Shown here piece after piece: positions 26,675-37,443 of a DNA stretch of 64,000 bases. The DNA lies in the NCBI GenBank assembly GCA_963654365.1, contig CAVJZP010000001.1, positions 16,862 to 80,861 on the forward strand. Reading direction: 5' to 3'. The DNA is from Oscillospiraceae bacterium. Its GTDB lineage: Bacteria; Bacillota_I; Bacilli_A; RFN20; CAG-288. Both the position numbers and the translations under genes were made by a program. Positions within the stretch are counted from its first letter, which is position 1. Each line of letters opens with the position of its first letter. Under the pieces are notes generated by a model. The model did no database searches. It saw only the letters and a list, made by a program, of their open reading frames with translations, and had not been told where the DNA came from.

Positions 26675-29600
26675 ATGAAAAAAATGCTCGTTATGGCTTC
26701 ATTAGCCACTATCCTCGGCTTGAGTTTCTACTCTGCCACTCACACAGACTTCAAAGATGTCGGTGAGACAAACGAGGATAAAACTTATATTGTCACCGTC
26801 AATGGTGATGTTCTCAAAGATGATGCCAAGACTTTGAAGAAATATCGTAACGAAGTCTTGAGTCAGCTTGCGTATGAGCTTCCGGAAGGATCCTATGAGA
26901 TCACTTCAATCTACGATGTCGTCATGAATGGCTTTTCCATCAAGGTCAATTCGTCTTATGCATCCAAGATTGAATCCATCAAAGGTGTCTCCGCATTCCA
27001 GGAAGATCACACTTATGCTTTGCCGGAAACGGTCGATTCTTCCACTTATGCTACAGGAGATGCCGGTGATGAGACCAAGAGTGAACGTTTAGCCAACTAT
27101 TCTGCTGAGACCATGTCTGCTACAGCAGCAGATGTCAAGAATGTTGTCGGTGAGGATTCTCTCGGCGGAAAGAATATCACAATCGGTATCATCGATACTG
27201 GTATGTACATCAACCAGATCGAAGGAACGGAACAGAGAGAAAGCGACGCAAAGACCTATAACCTTAACGCCGCTGCTTTCAAAGACCTTGCTGAAGGCGA
27301 ATACAAGATGAGTGTTTCCGATATCGATGCTACTGGCATCAAGAACTACACTCATTACAACAACAAGATCTTCTTTGCCAAGGACTATGCTGGCAATGAT
27401 GCAGATGTCGATCCGACCAAGAACGGCAGTGAACACGGTACCCACGTTGCCTCTATCGCTGCTGCAAACGGAGATGACTTCCAGGGTATTGCTCCGAACG
27501 CTCAGATTGCTGTATTGAAGGTTTTCGGCGATGACCAGGGTGGCGCTAGCTCTACTGCTATTGTCGCCGCTTTGAACGATGCCGCAAAATTAGGACTCGA
27601 TTTAGTCAACCTTTCCTTAGGAAGTGACTTGAATGTCTCTTCCGACAATAAGGATGATGCCACATATGAGGCAGTTGCCAACTGCATGTCTCATGGTACC
27701 ATCGTCAATTTCGCCGCTGGTAACTCCGGTAAAAGCTCCTTCTCTAGCTCCAGAGCCTATTCTGAGTGGGGAACTGATATCGTTGAGACTGGTATCTTAG
27801 GCGGAGACGCTCACTATGATGAGGCCGCTAACATCGTTGCTGCCTCTAACCCAGACAGAGCCTTCTTCGAATCCATCATGACCGTTCAGCAGGAAGGTTC
27901 CACTTCCATTCAGGCTGTCTCTTATTCCGATCAGGCAAAGTCCTCTTCCACTCAGCCGAACCTTACCGATCGTCCTTTGGCCGGACTCATTCCGGAAGGA
28001 CAGGATTCTGTCACAGAGGAATACGTTGTCATTCCGAACTATGGTAAGAGTGCTGACTACCAGGGATTGGATGTCACTGGCAAGATTGCTGTTGTCAACC
28101 GTGGTACCACCACGTTCGTTGCTAAGGTCAAACTGGCTGCAGATCATGGCGCTAAGGCAATGATCTGTATCAATAACGATCCTTCCGTCACTTTCAACTT
28201 CTCCATGGCTTTTGAAGACTATGATCCTCCGATTCCGGTTGTCTTCGTCTTCAAAAATACAGCTACCTATTTCGGTGCTGCTAAGAGCACTGGTACCATT
28301 ACCATCGGTACCAATACGGTTCAGGATGCCAGTGATGGAAACACCATCGCTTCCTTCTCCTCTGATGGCGGCGATTACAACCTCGATATGGGTGTCACTA
28401 TCTCCGCTCCTGGCAAATCCATCATCGGTGCTGTCGATGCCACAGCTTACAATGACAATTCTGATGCTACCAATCCTGGATATTCCTTGCTCCGCGGTTA
28501 TGAGAATTTAAGCGGTACATCTATGGCTTGCCCGAACCTTACGGGTGCTATGGCTCTCTATTTATCCGAGAGACTCCCTGAGAACGGAGGAAAGATGGCA
28601 GTCAGAGACTTCGATCTGGAGAAGAGCAAAGTCTCCATGAAGGCGATGAGCTCTGCTGATCAGTTGGAAGACACCACTGGTGACGGAACACCGACCTCTG
28701 TCAGAATGCAGGGCGCCGGAAGAATCAACGTCTCCAAGATGCTCTCCAGTGATTCCTATCTCACTACAGCAAACAAGAACCTGGATGGTTTCGACAATGA
28801 AGTCGAAGCTAAGGCTGAATTGAAGAATGATGGCTCTTTGAAGGTAGAAGGCGGAAAGTTCAGCGAGGACAATAGCGCTAACTACATTGAATTCGATTAC
28901 ACCATCCACAACGATTCTGATGCGGAGAGAACCTATACTCCGACCTTATCTGTCATGATTCCTAAACTTGACATCATGACTACTCATGATGAGTACAAGG
29001 AAGAGGAAGTGAGTTCTAGAAAAGAAACCATTGGTTACAACAGCAATGTTACTTTTGATCCAAATGATGCTAGTACCTATCCTTATGGTGTTGGTCAGGT
29101 CACTGCTTCTGTCAATGATGACCTCATCACCATTCCGGAAGATCATCAGCTCACCGGCAAGGTGACCGTTGCCGCTCATAGCACAACAACTGCTAAAGTT
29201 AAAGTCAGAATTGATGATCTGAAGATTACCAAGGATTTCGATGATTCCATGGTTGATAACTTCAACGGAACCTTGAAGGATTATTTCGCTAAGTATTTCG
29301 CCAATGGTGGCGGAAACTATGTTGAAGGTTACCTCTATTTAGAGGAATCCTCCGGAAACTCCGATTTGGATCTTTCTATGCCGTATTTAGGATTCTATGG
29401 TGACTATACTGTTGGATCTGCTGTCGAAGACTTCGATATCGAAAGAGAAGAGAACAGACTCTACACTTCTGACCTTGTCGATAACTATATGCAGAACCTC
29501 AACGATAATTACAAGAAGTCCAGCGCCTACACTGGTTCTACCATCTCTTCCACCGGCACTGCCATGACAACCAAGTCTTGGTCCACTATCGGTGCGATGA

Positions 29601-30712
29601 ACGGATCTGCTAAGGCAGATGGTGTCAACTATCTCTCCGTCACTGATGGAAATGATTCCACCCATCTCTATGCTGGTGCTCCTGGAATCTCTGATCACCT
29701 CATCACGACCTTCTTTGTCAACCGTTCTGTCTCTGAAGCCAATTGGGTCATCAAGAACGGATCTACTGCAAAGTCTACTGGAAAGATTGAAGATTTAGGC
29801 TATTACAGCGGAACCTGGGCTCTCGATGGCACAGGATCTGGTGAACTCTATAAGTCTTGGCTCATCAGCGGAGACAACAGTGTTCCTTACTTCGCTCACC
29901 GCGGTGTTGCTGATATCAGCCTCTCCTCTTTGGATGAAGGTGACTACACCATTGAATTCAACTTCACGGTTGCCGGTACTGGAACAATTCAGACAAAGTC
30001 TTATACTTTGACTATCGATAAGAGTGCTCCGGAACTCAACAGTCTCTCTATCCGTGAAGATAACGGAAAACAGTATCTCGATGTTGTCGGCAAGGGTGCC
30101 GATTATAATGCGACAGCGAACACGACTGCTGTTGTCAGCACGTCCAAAGTTGATGGTAGCGATGATCTCTATTCCGCTTCCTTCCGTATCACAGATGCTT
30201 GGACAAAGTCCGATAAGATCACTCTTGAACTTACTGACTTAGCTCATAATAAGCTTGTCGTAATTGTCAAACCGTCTGATATTTCCTTCTCTGTCGGTGC
30301 TACCTTCTTCACGAATAAATACAACTTCTACATTTCTCCTATCTCTGTTAAGAATGGCAGCTACACCTACAGTGTCAGTTTCGATGAGAAGAATAAGATT
30401 ACAGGTGACTTCTATGTCTATATGAATGCAGGAAAGAATCTCTCCAATGTCTCTGTCAAGGTCAGTGGCGAGAACGCTGACTTCAACTATGATGCCACCA
30501 CGGGATTACTCTCAATCAAGTTAGGAAAAGACGATACATCCTTCACTGTCTCCTATGAAGGTGGAGTGACACCGGATAACAACAGTGGAAAGACCTCTGA
30601 ATCCACAAAGAAAGGATGCGGAGGAAGCGTTATCGCTGCTTCTACTTCCTTGGGTGCTTTAGCACTTGTTGCTACTGCTGTTGCCCTTAAGAAGAAAAAG
30701 GAACAGAAGTAA
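26675..30712 (+). CDS. Cell-envelope subtilisin-like serine protease (S8 family, lactocepin/C5a-peptidase-like) with C-terminal membrane anchor
   Basis: Signal peptide present. Catalytic motifs: ITIGIIDTGM (Asp), HGTHVASIAAANG (His), SGTSMACPNLTGAMAL (Ser). A PA-domain-like insert (IAVVNRGTTTFVAKV) is present. The C-terminus is a TM helix plus KKKKEQK. Confidence 0.9.
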   Translation: MKKMLVMASLATILGLSFYSATHTDFKDVGETNEDKTYIVTVNGDVLKDDAKTLKKYRNEVLSQLAYELPEGSYEITSIYDVVMNGFSIKVNSSYASKIESIKGVSAFQEDHTYALPETVDSSTYATGDAGDETKSERLANYSAETMSATAADVKNVVGEDSLGGKNITIGIIDTGMYINQIEGTEQRESDAKTYNLNAAAFKDLAEGEYKMSVSDIDATGIKNYTHYNNKIFFAKDYAGNDADVDPTKNGSEHGTHVASIAAANGDDFQGIAPNAQIAVLKVFGDDQGGASSTAIVAALNDAAKLGLDLVNLSLGSDLNVSSDNKDDATYEAVANCMSHGTIVNFAAGNSGKSSFSSSRAYSEWGTDIVETGILGGDAHYDEAANIVAASNPDRAFFESIMTVQQEGSTSIQAVSYSDQAKSSSTQPNLTDRPLAGLIPEGQDSVTEEYVVIPNYGKSADYQGLDVTGKIAVVNRGTTTFVAKVKLAADHGAKAMICINNDPSVTFNFSMAFEDYDPPIPVVFVFKNTATYFGAAKSTGTITIGTNTVQDASDGNTIASFSSDGGDYNLDMGVTISAPGKSIIGAVDATAYNDNSDATNPGYSLLRGYENLSGTSMACPNLTGAMALYLSERLPENGGKMAVRDFDLEKSKVSMKAMSSADQLEDTTGDGTPTSVRMQGAGRINVSKMLSSDSYLTTANKNLDGFDNEVEAKAELKNDGSLKVEGGKFSEDNSANYIEFDYTIHNDSDAERTYTPTLSVMIPKLDIMTTHDEYKEEEVSSRKETIGYNSNVTFDPNDASTYPYGVGQVTASVNDDLITIPEDHQLTGKVTVAAHSTTTAKVKVRIDDLKITKDFDDSMVDNFNGTLKDYFAKYFANGGGNYVEGYLYLEESSGNSDLDLSMPYLGFYGDYTVGSAVEDFDIEREENRLYTSDLVDNYMQNLNDNYKKSSAYTGSTISSTGTAMTTKSWSTIGAMNGSAKADGVNYLSVTDGNDSTHLYAGAPGISDHLITTFFVNRSVSEANWVIKNGSTAKSTGKIEDLGYYSGTWALDGTGSGELYKSWLISGDNSVPYFAHRGVADISLSSLDEGDYTIEFNFTVAGTGTIQTKSYTLTIDKSAPELNSLSIREDNGKQYLDVVGKGADYNATANTTAVVSTSKVDGSDDLYSASFRITDAWTKSDKITLELTDLAHNKLVVIVKPSDISFSVGATFFTNKYNFYISPISVKNGSYTYSVSFDEKNKITGDFYVYMNAGKNLSNVSVKVSGENADFNYDATTGLLSIKLGKDDTSFTVSYEGGVTPDNNSGKTSESTKKGCGGSVIAASTSLGALALVATAVALKKKKEQK

Positions 30713-30730
30713 TTAGGCGATAAATAGAAC

Positions 30731-30757
30731 AAAAGCCTCGATTCGTCGAGGCTTTTG
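30731..30757 (+). terminator. Rho-independent terminator
   Basis: GCCTCGA, loop ttcg, TCGAGGC, then TTTTG. Confidence 0.7.
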
Positions 30758-30772
30758 CTTTATACTTAAACC

Positions 30773-31156
30773 ATGATATTCACAGAAGAAACAAAAAAAC
30801 TGATCATCAGCTATATCATCGCCTGTATCATCCCTGTTGTTTTTGTCCTGCCGATGCATTTCTGTACGGAGTTAGGACTGAGTAACGTTCTTTTAATTGT
30901 GGCAGCAAGTTATCTTGGTTATGTTGGCTTATACCTGGTTACCAGAGCCGGTACTTTTGATATCTTCCGATTCCAGTTCATCAACTGGGTTTCCTCATTT
31001 CGAAGGAAGAAACAGTTACGTTATACAGATGTTGCAGACTATAAGAGAGAACTCAGTGAAAAAAGACATCTACATAGACAGCTTTGGCATCCTTGGTTCA
31101 TCGTCGGCACTGTCTGTCTGATTCTTTGCATCATCTTCGCTTTTTACCCCGTTTAA
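30773..31156 (+). CDS. Small membrane protein (DUF3899-like, tentative)
   Basis: 127 aa with three hydrophobic helices and a central basic loop FDIFRFQFINWVSSFRRKK. Confidence 0.45.
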   Translation: MIFTEETKKLIISYIIACIIPVVFVLPMHFCTELGLSNVLLIVAASYLGYVGLYLVTRAGTFDIFRFQFINWVSSFRRKKQLRYTDVADYKRELSEKRHLHRQLWHPWFIVGTVCLILCIIFAFYPV

Positions 31157-31319
31157 ACCATCAATTTCTGTAAGCGCTTTTTTAATCGATTTCAATATAT
31201 TTTTAACCTTATAGAAATCTTTAGTTGAATATATTTTATTTTTAAATAAAATATTTATATTCAGCGCTTTTATTATAGTTTTTTATGTGCTGTTAATCAC
31301 CCCGAAGGAGGCATTGATT

Positions 31320-34271
31320 ATGAAAAATACAAAAAAAGTCGTTACGGTGTTGGCAATCTTATCGATTGGATTGCTTGGTTCTTGCGGAAAGACTACTGAT
31401 TCTTCCAAGAACAGTGGAAAGACATCGGATAAAGGGACTTCGCAGAGTGACTTTATCATCACCTATAAAGGAGTGGAATACGAAACGGATTCCAGTATTT
31501 CTGTCACGATGGGCGATAAGGCTGCTGCTCTTGTTGCTTCTGCGTTGGATAACACTACACCCGAATTCACATATTCCTCTGCTGATGAGACTGTTGTCAC
31601 AGTCGGTGAACACACCGGTGTTCTCACTCCTGTGAAGGCAGGAACGGCAGATGTTTCTGTCTGGGTCACTTCCAACCAGAACAAGAAACTCACTTTCCAT
31701 GTCACAGTTGAGAATAGCACAAAGGCGACCGGAGCTTTCTCCTACGCTTCTGCTGACTATACTGAAAAAGCAAATATTCTTGCCTCATTGGAGAAATATG
31801 CTGTCGATAACTATCTTACCGGTATCACACTTTTCTCTAATGGTTCCAATATCTGCTATAACTCCCGTTATGTTCCTACTCCTCGTTCCTATGTTACTGG
31901 CTATGGTTGGGGAACGATGAGAGAAGGAATAATTAGTGGAAATATTCAGAACCCATTATCTGGAAATGACGCTTCCTTCTATCAGGTTGCTACAACATCT
32001 CTTCCGAGCCATGTCAATGCGATGAATGCTTCCGGAAGTGATGTCTCCACTGTTTATGATTATATTGCCAATTCCTACTATCAGACACGTCTCAATCAGA
32101 CCAATGATGGTTATGAATGGTATAGCAATACCGCTTTGGATAATCGTCCGATTCCTGTTGATGATAGTGGAAACATCATCACTGAAAATGCGGATACGAT
32201 TACCAATACTCGTTGGAGAATTCATGTTAAGACTGGATCTGATTTCGTCTACAGAACTGCTTCTACGAAGACTGTCAATGGCGTTAAGCTTTCCTCTTTC
32301 AACGGAAGAGCAGTCACTAAGGAAGATTATCTGACTCCTATCAAGTATATGCTCACCTGCTTCAATGGTCAGTATCGTGGTGCAGAATTGACAAAGGGTG
32401 TCTCTGGCTTTGCCAAGGGCGCTGCTAAATATTATTCCATGACGGCAAAGAACACCACTGGTGATGAAAATGCCATCTGGGATGATACTGCATGGAAAAA
32501 TGCTGGTATGGATGATGTTGTCAAAGTCGGTACAGACAGCACTGGCGACTACATCGAATTCAATCTCTTGCAGCCTTGCACTCAGTTCTATGCAATGTAT
32601 TACCTCTCTTCTTCCCTCTATTCTCCTCTTCCGGCTGATTTCCTTGAACTTTGGGATGCTAAGTACTTAGGTAAGTCTCCGGATGGATATACTCCTATGG
32701 ATACGATGCTTTCCACTGGTGCCTATTACATTACCGAATGGTCGACTAATAGAATTACCTTTACTAAAAATAATCAGTATTTCTATAAAGAGGACACTTT
32801 TAAAGACGGAACCACAAGACAAGTCTATAATCTCGACGGATTCCAGTATAACCAGGTCGAAGATTCCTCTATTTCCAAGTCTTTGTTCTTGGCTGGGCAG
32901 ATTGATTCCTATGCTCCTAATAAAGAGGATCTGAAAGGTGATTTCGCCTCTACAGAGGGTGATGGAAGTAATGGAATGACTTGGAGAAAGTATGAAACCA
33001 AAGGTGATTCCAACTTCAAGATCAATGTCAATGCTACTTCTATGGAACGTTGGAATGAACTCTTCGGAACCAACGGCTCTGTTTATCAACATGACAGTTC
33101 CTTCATTGAAAACAATAATGTTTTCTTGAAACATAGAAGATATATGTCTGATATTCACTTCCTCAACTTTCTTTCCTTCGGCCTTGATCGTAAGACAATC
33201 TGCACTTCTCGTGGAATGAAGCCGACTCAGGAATACTTCTCTGATAGTTATCTTATCGATCCTGAAACTGGTGTCTCCTATAACTCTACTGCTGCTCATA
33301 AGGCAGTTCTTGCAGATCGTTATAATGATACTTATGGTTATAATGAGAATGCTGCCGCAAGCGAGCTCACTCTTGCAATTGAAGGGTCAATCAAGGATGC
33401 CATTGACGCAAAAGAGATTACAAAAGAAGATGAGAAATATGTTATTGAAGTTAAGATGAATTGGATGAACACATCTGATGAGACGGATTATGATGATGTC
33501 TTTTCTTCTATCAAGAAAATTTTTGATAGGGTAGTTAACGAAGATTATTATGGTGCATATACACTTAAAATTACACCAAAGTGTGAATCCTCTGATTACA
33601 ATGATGTCTACAACAAGATGAAACAGGGTGAATTTGATTTAGGTTTTGGTGCTATCTCTGGTGGTGCCATGGATCCTATCAACTTCATGGAAGTCTTAAA
33701 ATCGGATAATTCCTCTGGATTCACTCTTAACTGGGGTCCGGATACCAGCAAGATCAATGATGATGATCAGGGTGATATCGTCTATGATGGAAAAACCTGG
33801 TCTTATGATGCATTGTGGAATGCTGCCAACACTGGTGTTCTCCTTACTGAAAATAGCACTATTGCAAATGCTGAGAATGTATCTTCTAAGCATGGCAACT
33901 TCTATTATGACAGTGTCGATGACAGCGCTAAGTCTGTCACCTACAAGATTTCCTTCAAGGATCTTGTCGCCGCTGGTGCAAGATTGGATAGCATTTACTT
34001 CAGTGCTACTAACTCTACAGCTCAAACTGAATTGAAACTCATCTCTGATTTAGGCGCAACTGCTGCAAATGACTACACCATCTCCTTCACCTTGGATAGT
34101 ACTTTCAATGTTTATCAGGAATATGACACTTATAAGAAGGAATATAAAGATGTTGATTCTGCAATCGCAACAGCAACTGTAAATTATTCTGCTGATGTCA
34201 ATGGTGACACCAAGAACTTCTCTTCTACATTGACCTTGAACAGCTACTACGGTATCACTGGAAAGAAATAA
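31320..34271 (+). CDS. Oligopeptide-type ABC substrate-binding lipoprotein (family 5), oversized, with N-terminal Big_2-like domain
   Basis: The ATG at 31320 is preceded by a GAAGGAGG SD. Lipobox LLGSCGK. An Ig-like segment (TYSSADETVVTV...GVLTPVKAGTADVSV) follows. It is the first gene of the permease/ATPase operon. Confidence 0.75.
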   Translation: MKNTKKVVTVLAILSIGLLGSCGKTTDSSKNSGKTSDKGTSQSDFIITYKGVEYETDSSISVTMGDKAAALVASALDNTTPEFTYSSADETVVTVGEHTGVLTPVKAGTADVSVWVTSNQNKKLTFHVTVENSTKATGAFSYASADYTEKANILASLEKYAVDNYLTGITLFSNGSNICYNSRYVPTPRSYVTGYGWGTMREGIISGNIQNPLSGNDASFYQVATTSLPSHVNAMNASGSDVSTVYDYIANSYYQTRLNQTNDGYEWYSNTALDNRPIPVDDSGNIITENADTITNTRWRIHVKTGSDFVYRTASTKTVNGVKLSSFNGRAVTKEDYLTPIKYMLTCFNGQYRGAELTKGVSGFAKGAAKYYSMTAKNTTGDENAIWDDTAWKNAGMDDVVKVGTDSTGDYIEFNLLQPCTQFYAMYYLSSSLYSPLPADFLELWDAKYLGKSPDGYTPMDTMLSTGAYYITEWSTNRITFTKNNQYFYKEDTFKDGTTRQVYNLDGFQYNQVEDSSISKSLFLAGQIDSYAPNKEDLKGDFASTEGDGSNGMTWRKYETKGDSNFKINVNATSMERWNELFGTNGSVYQHDSSFIENNNVFLKHRRYMSDIHFLNFLSFGLDRKTICTSRGMKPTQEYFSDSYLIDPETGVSYNSTAAHKAVLADRYNDTYGYNENAAASELTLAIEGSIKDAIDAKEITKEDEKYVIEVKMNWMNTSDETDYDDVFSSIKKIFDRVVNEDYYGAYTLKITPKCESSDYNDVYNKMKQGEFDLGFGAISGGAMDPINFMEVLKSDNSSGFTLNWGPDTSKINDDDQGDIVYDGKTWSYDALWNAANTGVLLTENSTIANAENVSSKHGNFYYDSVDDSAKSVTYKISFKDLVAAGARLDSIYFSATNSTAQTELKLISDLGATAANDYTISFTLDSTFNVYQEYDTYKKEYKDVDSAIATATVNYSADVNGDTKNFSSTLTLNSYYGITGKK

Positions 34272-34272
34272 A

Positions 34273-35319
34273 ATGCCTTATATTGTCAAATATACATTAA
34301 AGCGTCTAGGATTACTGATAGTAACGACATTCATCATTCTTACGATTACATTCCTCCTAGTCAAGTTGCTTCCTGGTGAAGCAATGGCTGGTACTGAAGT
34401 TCAACAGTATTCTTACTGTCAGAATCAGGTCCAGTTAGGCTATTTCGTTGTTTATCGCTCTGCCCAGTCTAATCTGGGCACGGCGAAGTTGATTTACACC
34501 GATCCTGCCGGCACTATCTACTACTTCTATCAGAAACCGATCATTCTTCAGTATGGTGCCTGGATTCGTGCCATCTTCACTTCCTGGAACTGGGGTGAAT
34601 CCACCGCTGTTCAGCCGGGATCCTCTGCCATGTATATCATTGGTCAGAGACTTCCTGCTACTGTCAAAATCAACATTTGGTCTATGATCTTCTCTATTCC
34701 GTTAGGCTTTGTTTTTGGAATCTGGGCAGCTTTGAAAAAGAACAAACCGACTGATCATGTCATCTCTACTGTTGTTATGATCATGATTTCTGTTCCTTCC
34801 TTTGTCGTTATTTCATTGTTATTGCTACTCTTTGCCTTTAAATTGCAGTGGCTTCCTTCTCGTTGGCCCAGCGATTCTGCTGCGTTGGGAACAAGAGTGT
34901 TAGGCTATGTCATACCTGTCATGGCCTTGTCTTTTGGCTCGATTGCTGCGTTTACCCGTTATACGAGAGCAGAACTTTGCGAAGTCATGTCCAGTGAGTT
35001 CTTGCTTTTAGCCAGAACAAAAGGACTTTCCAAGAATCAGTGCATTGTCAGACATGCCCTTAGGAACTCTCTTGTTCCGATCGTCCCTATGATTATCGGA
35101 CAATTCATCGGCATTCTCTCAGGCTCTATGGTTTTGGAGCAATTGTATGGTATCCCTGGTATTGGTACTTTGTTTGTCAACTGTATCAATAAGAGGGATT
35201 ACAATTTGTTGTTAGTCGATATGGCACTCTATACTGTCATCGGCTTGGTCGCCAACCTGTTTGTTGACCTCAGCTACGGTATTGTTGATCCCCGTATCAG
35301 AATGGGAGCCAAAGCATGA
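34273..35319 (+). CDS. oppB: Peptide ABC transporter permease (OppB-type)
   Basis: 348 aa with 6 TM helices and an EAA-loop region LLARTKGLSKNQCIVRHALRNSLVPIV. Confidence 0.85.
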   Translation: MPYIVKYTLKRLGLLIVTTFIILTITFLLVKLLPGEAMAGTEVQQYSYCQNQVQLGYFVVYRSAQSNLGTAKLIYTDPAGTIYYFYQKPIILQYGAWIRAIFTSWNWGESTAVQPGSSAMYIIGQRLPATVKINIWSMIFSIPLGFVFGIWAALKKNKPTDHVISTVVMIMISVPSFVVISLLLLLFAFKLQWLPSRWPSDSAALGTRVLGYVIPVMALSFGSIAAFTRYTRAELCEVMSSEFLLLARTKGLSKNQCIVRHALRNSLVPIVPMIIGQFIGILSGSMVLEQLYGIPGIGTLFVNCINKRDYNLLLVDMALYTVIGLVANLFVDLSYGIVDPRIRMGAKA

Positions 35320-37442
35320 TGGATAACGAAAACAAGAACCTTTCTTTGGAAGAGAATCCGTTTGTCAATACTTTCAAGGCTGGAGAGCAGGCAAATGATG
35401 CCTCTGGCAAAAAGGTTGAGGATTCTCAGTTCCAATTTGTCCAGAATGACAAAAATATTCACGATACGAAATTCACCACTCGTCCTACTACTTTCTTAAG
35501 AGATGCTTTCCATCGTTTCAGAAAAAATAAGTCTTCTGTTGTCGGTGGCATTATCTTGGGAACCCTCTTTGTGTTAGCTATCCTTCTCCCTGCCACCCTT
35601 CCTTATGATATTGCCAACAAACACAATTACGAAACAAACCTTCCTATGAAGCTCTTCCCTACAGGAACAGGGTTCTGGGATGGAACAAGAACACTGGAGA
35701 ATCAGTCTCTTCCTTATGGCCTCAACGCAGATGGAACCATCAATTATGATGACTATATCGGAAGCTATGATGAGGAATCCAGCATTGTCGAAATCAAGAA
35801 TCTAAGAACAGGTTACAGTGACCATGCCTCCTCTAGCGGTTCTGGCGGATACGCCAAAATCGAAAAGGAAGCAAAAGCTGACCAGCTCGGTTACATGTAC
35901 TATTCTCCTTTGAAACTTGATCTTGCGAACAACAAATACGAAATTACCTATACCTTAGGTACAAAAGAACAGGATGGCTATGATGCCACTCCGGAATGGG
36001 CACTCCTCCTTTACGGAAATGATGGCTCCATCAATACTTTGACATCTTATTCGAAAGATTACGGAACTGCTCTTGATAAGGAAGATGAGAATATGACTGT
36101 CACTGCTCATGAGACAGTAACTCAGTCTTTGAATGACCTCATCACTGCAGCTGATGTTCCTTCTACTGTTCTGAATCAGCAGTTCTCTGTCGGCTTCATC
36201 TTCAAGTCGGAAGCGGATCTCAATACCGCCTTCTATGTCAAATCCTTTGAAATCAGCGGAACGAAGAATGATGGTTCTGATCTTTCTGCCTCTGACAAAC
36301 GCGCTCTCCGTATGAGAAGTTTCGGTACGGAAGACTCCGTTGTGAAAGATGCAAACTCTCTTGTCCAGTTGGAGAAGACGTCGAGTTCTGGTACTACGAA
36401 TGCATCCTATTGGGCAGCTGTCACGACTTATCGTTTTGACTCTGTTGATACCTATACGATGAAATGCGACCTTGTTATTGATTACTATAACATTGCCTAC
36501 GGCTATAAGAAGGGAATTGAGATTTCTACGGCAACTTTCAAGGATTGGATCAACAAGGGATATATCGAATACGATTTCACTGGCGGCGGAAAAGGCAATG
36601 CCAGTGCACCGAGCACTTTTCATATTACCGAAGAAGGTGAGAAGTCCGGCGAAGTCTATGTCCGTGAAGTCAATTCACAAACCTCGGTAAAGGTCAATGG
36701 TGAAACTGTCTATACGATGGACTGCACTGTCCTTATGTATCGTTACTTAGGATATTCCTCGATGCCGATTCACGTCTTCGGAACCGAATATCAGGGGAAA
36801 GACCTCCTCAAATATGTCTTCTCCGGTCTTCGTACATCCTTGATCTTGGGTATCCTTGTCGCTATTGTCAACATCACCATCGGTGTCATTTGGGGTAGTA
36901 TCTCCGGATACTTCGGTGGAACAGTCGATATTGTCATGGAACGTATCACCGATATCCTCTCAGGTATTCCGTGGATCATTCTTATGACCGTTCTCACCTT
37001 GAAACTCGGCCAGAACTTCTTCGTCTTCGCACTTTCTCTCTGCCTTACTGGCTGGATTGGAACCGAAGCGACGACACGATCTCAGTTCTATCGATATCGA
37101 GGGCGAGAATATGTTTTGGCGGCGAAGACGCTAGGTGCAAAAGCACCTCGACTCATCTTCCGTCACATCTTGCCAAATGCGGTCGGAACCATCATCACCA
37201 GCTCTATCCTTATGATTCCTTCCACTATCTTCTCCGAGGCGACAATTGCTTACCTCGGCTTAGGCTTGCAGAACCTCGATTCCTTGGGTGTCATCCTATC
37301 CAACAACCAGAAGAATCTTTCCGAGTATCCGTATCAGCTTGTCATCCCTGCTATCATCATCTCGTTATTGATGATTTGCTTCAACCTCTTCGGAAATGGT
37401 TTGCGCGATGCCTTTAATCCGTCATTGAAAGGATCTGATTAA
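35316..37442 (+). CDS. oppC: Peptide ABC transporter permease (OppC-type) with about 380-aa extracytoplasmic insertion
   Basis: The C-terminal 220 aa form a canonical OppC core (FGTEYQGKDLL..., YVLAAKTLGAKAPRLIFRHILPNAVG). One N-terminal TM helix is followed by a long hydrophilic insert. Confidence 0.8.
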   Translation: MMDNENKNLSLEENPFVNTFKAGEQANDASGKKVEDSQFQFVQNDKNIHDTKFTTRPTTFLRDAFHRFRKNKSSVVGGIILGTLFVLAILLPATLPYDIANKHNYETNLPMKLFPTGTGFWDGTRTLENQSLPYGLNADGTINYDDYIGSYDEESSIVEIKNLRTGYSDHASSSGSGGYAKIEKEAKADQLGYMYYSPLKLDLANNKYEITYTLGTKEQDGYDATPEWALLLYGNDGSINTLTSYSKDYGTALDKEDENMTVTAHETVTQSLNDLITAADVPSTVLNQQFSVGFIFKSEADLNTAFYVKSFEISGTKNDGSDLSASDKRALRMRSFGTEDSVVKDANSLVQLEKTSSSGTTNASYWAAVTTYRFDSVDTYTMKCDLVIDYYNIAYGYKKGIEISTATFKDWINKGYIEYDFTGGGKGNASAPSTFHITEEGEKSGEVYVREVNSQTSVKVNGETVYTMDCTVLMYRYLGYSSMPIHVFGTEYQGKDLLKYVFSGLRTSLILGILVAIVNITIGVIWGSISGYFGGTVDIVMERITDILSGIPWIILMTVLTLKLGQNFFVFALSLCLTGWIGTEATTRSQFYRYRGREYVLAAKTLGAKAPRLIFRHILPNAVGTIITSSILMIPSTIFSEATIAYLGLGLQNLDSLGVILSNNQKNLSEYPYQLVIPAIIISLLMICFNLFGNGLRDAFNPSLKGSD

Positions 37443-37443
37443 T

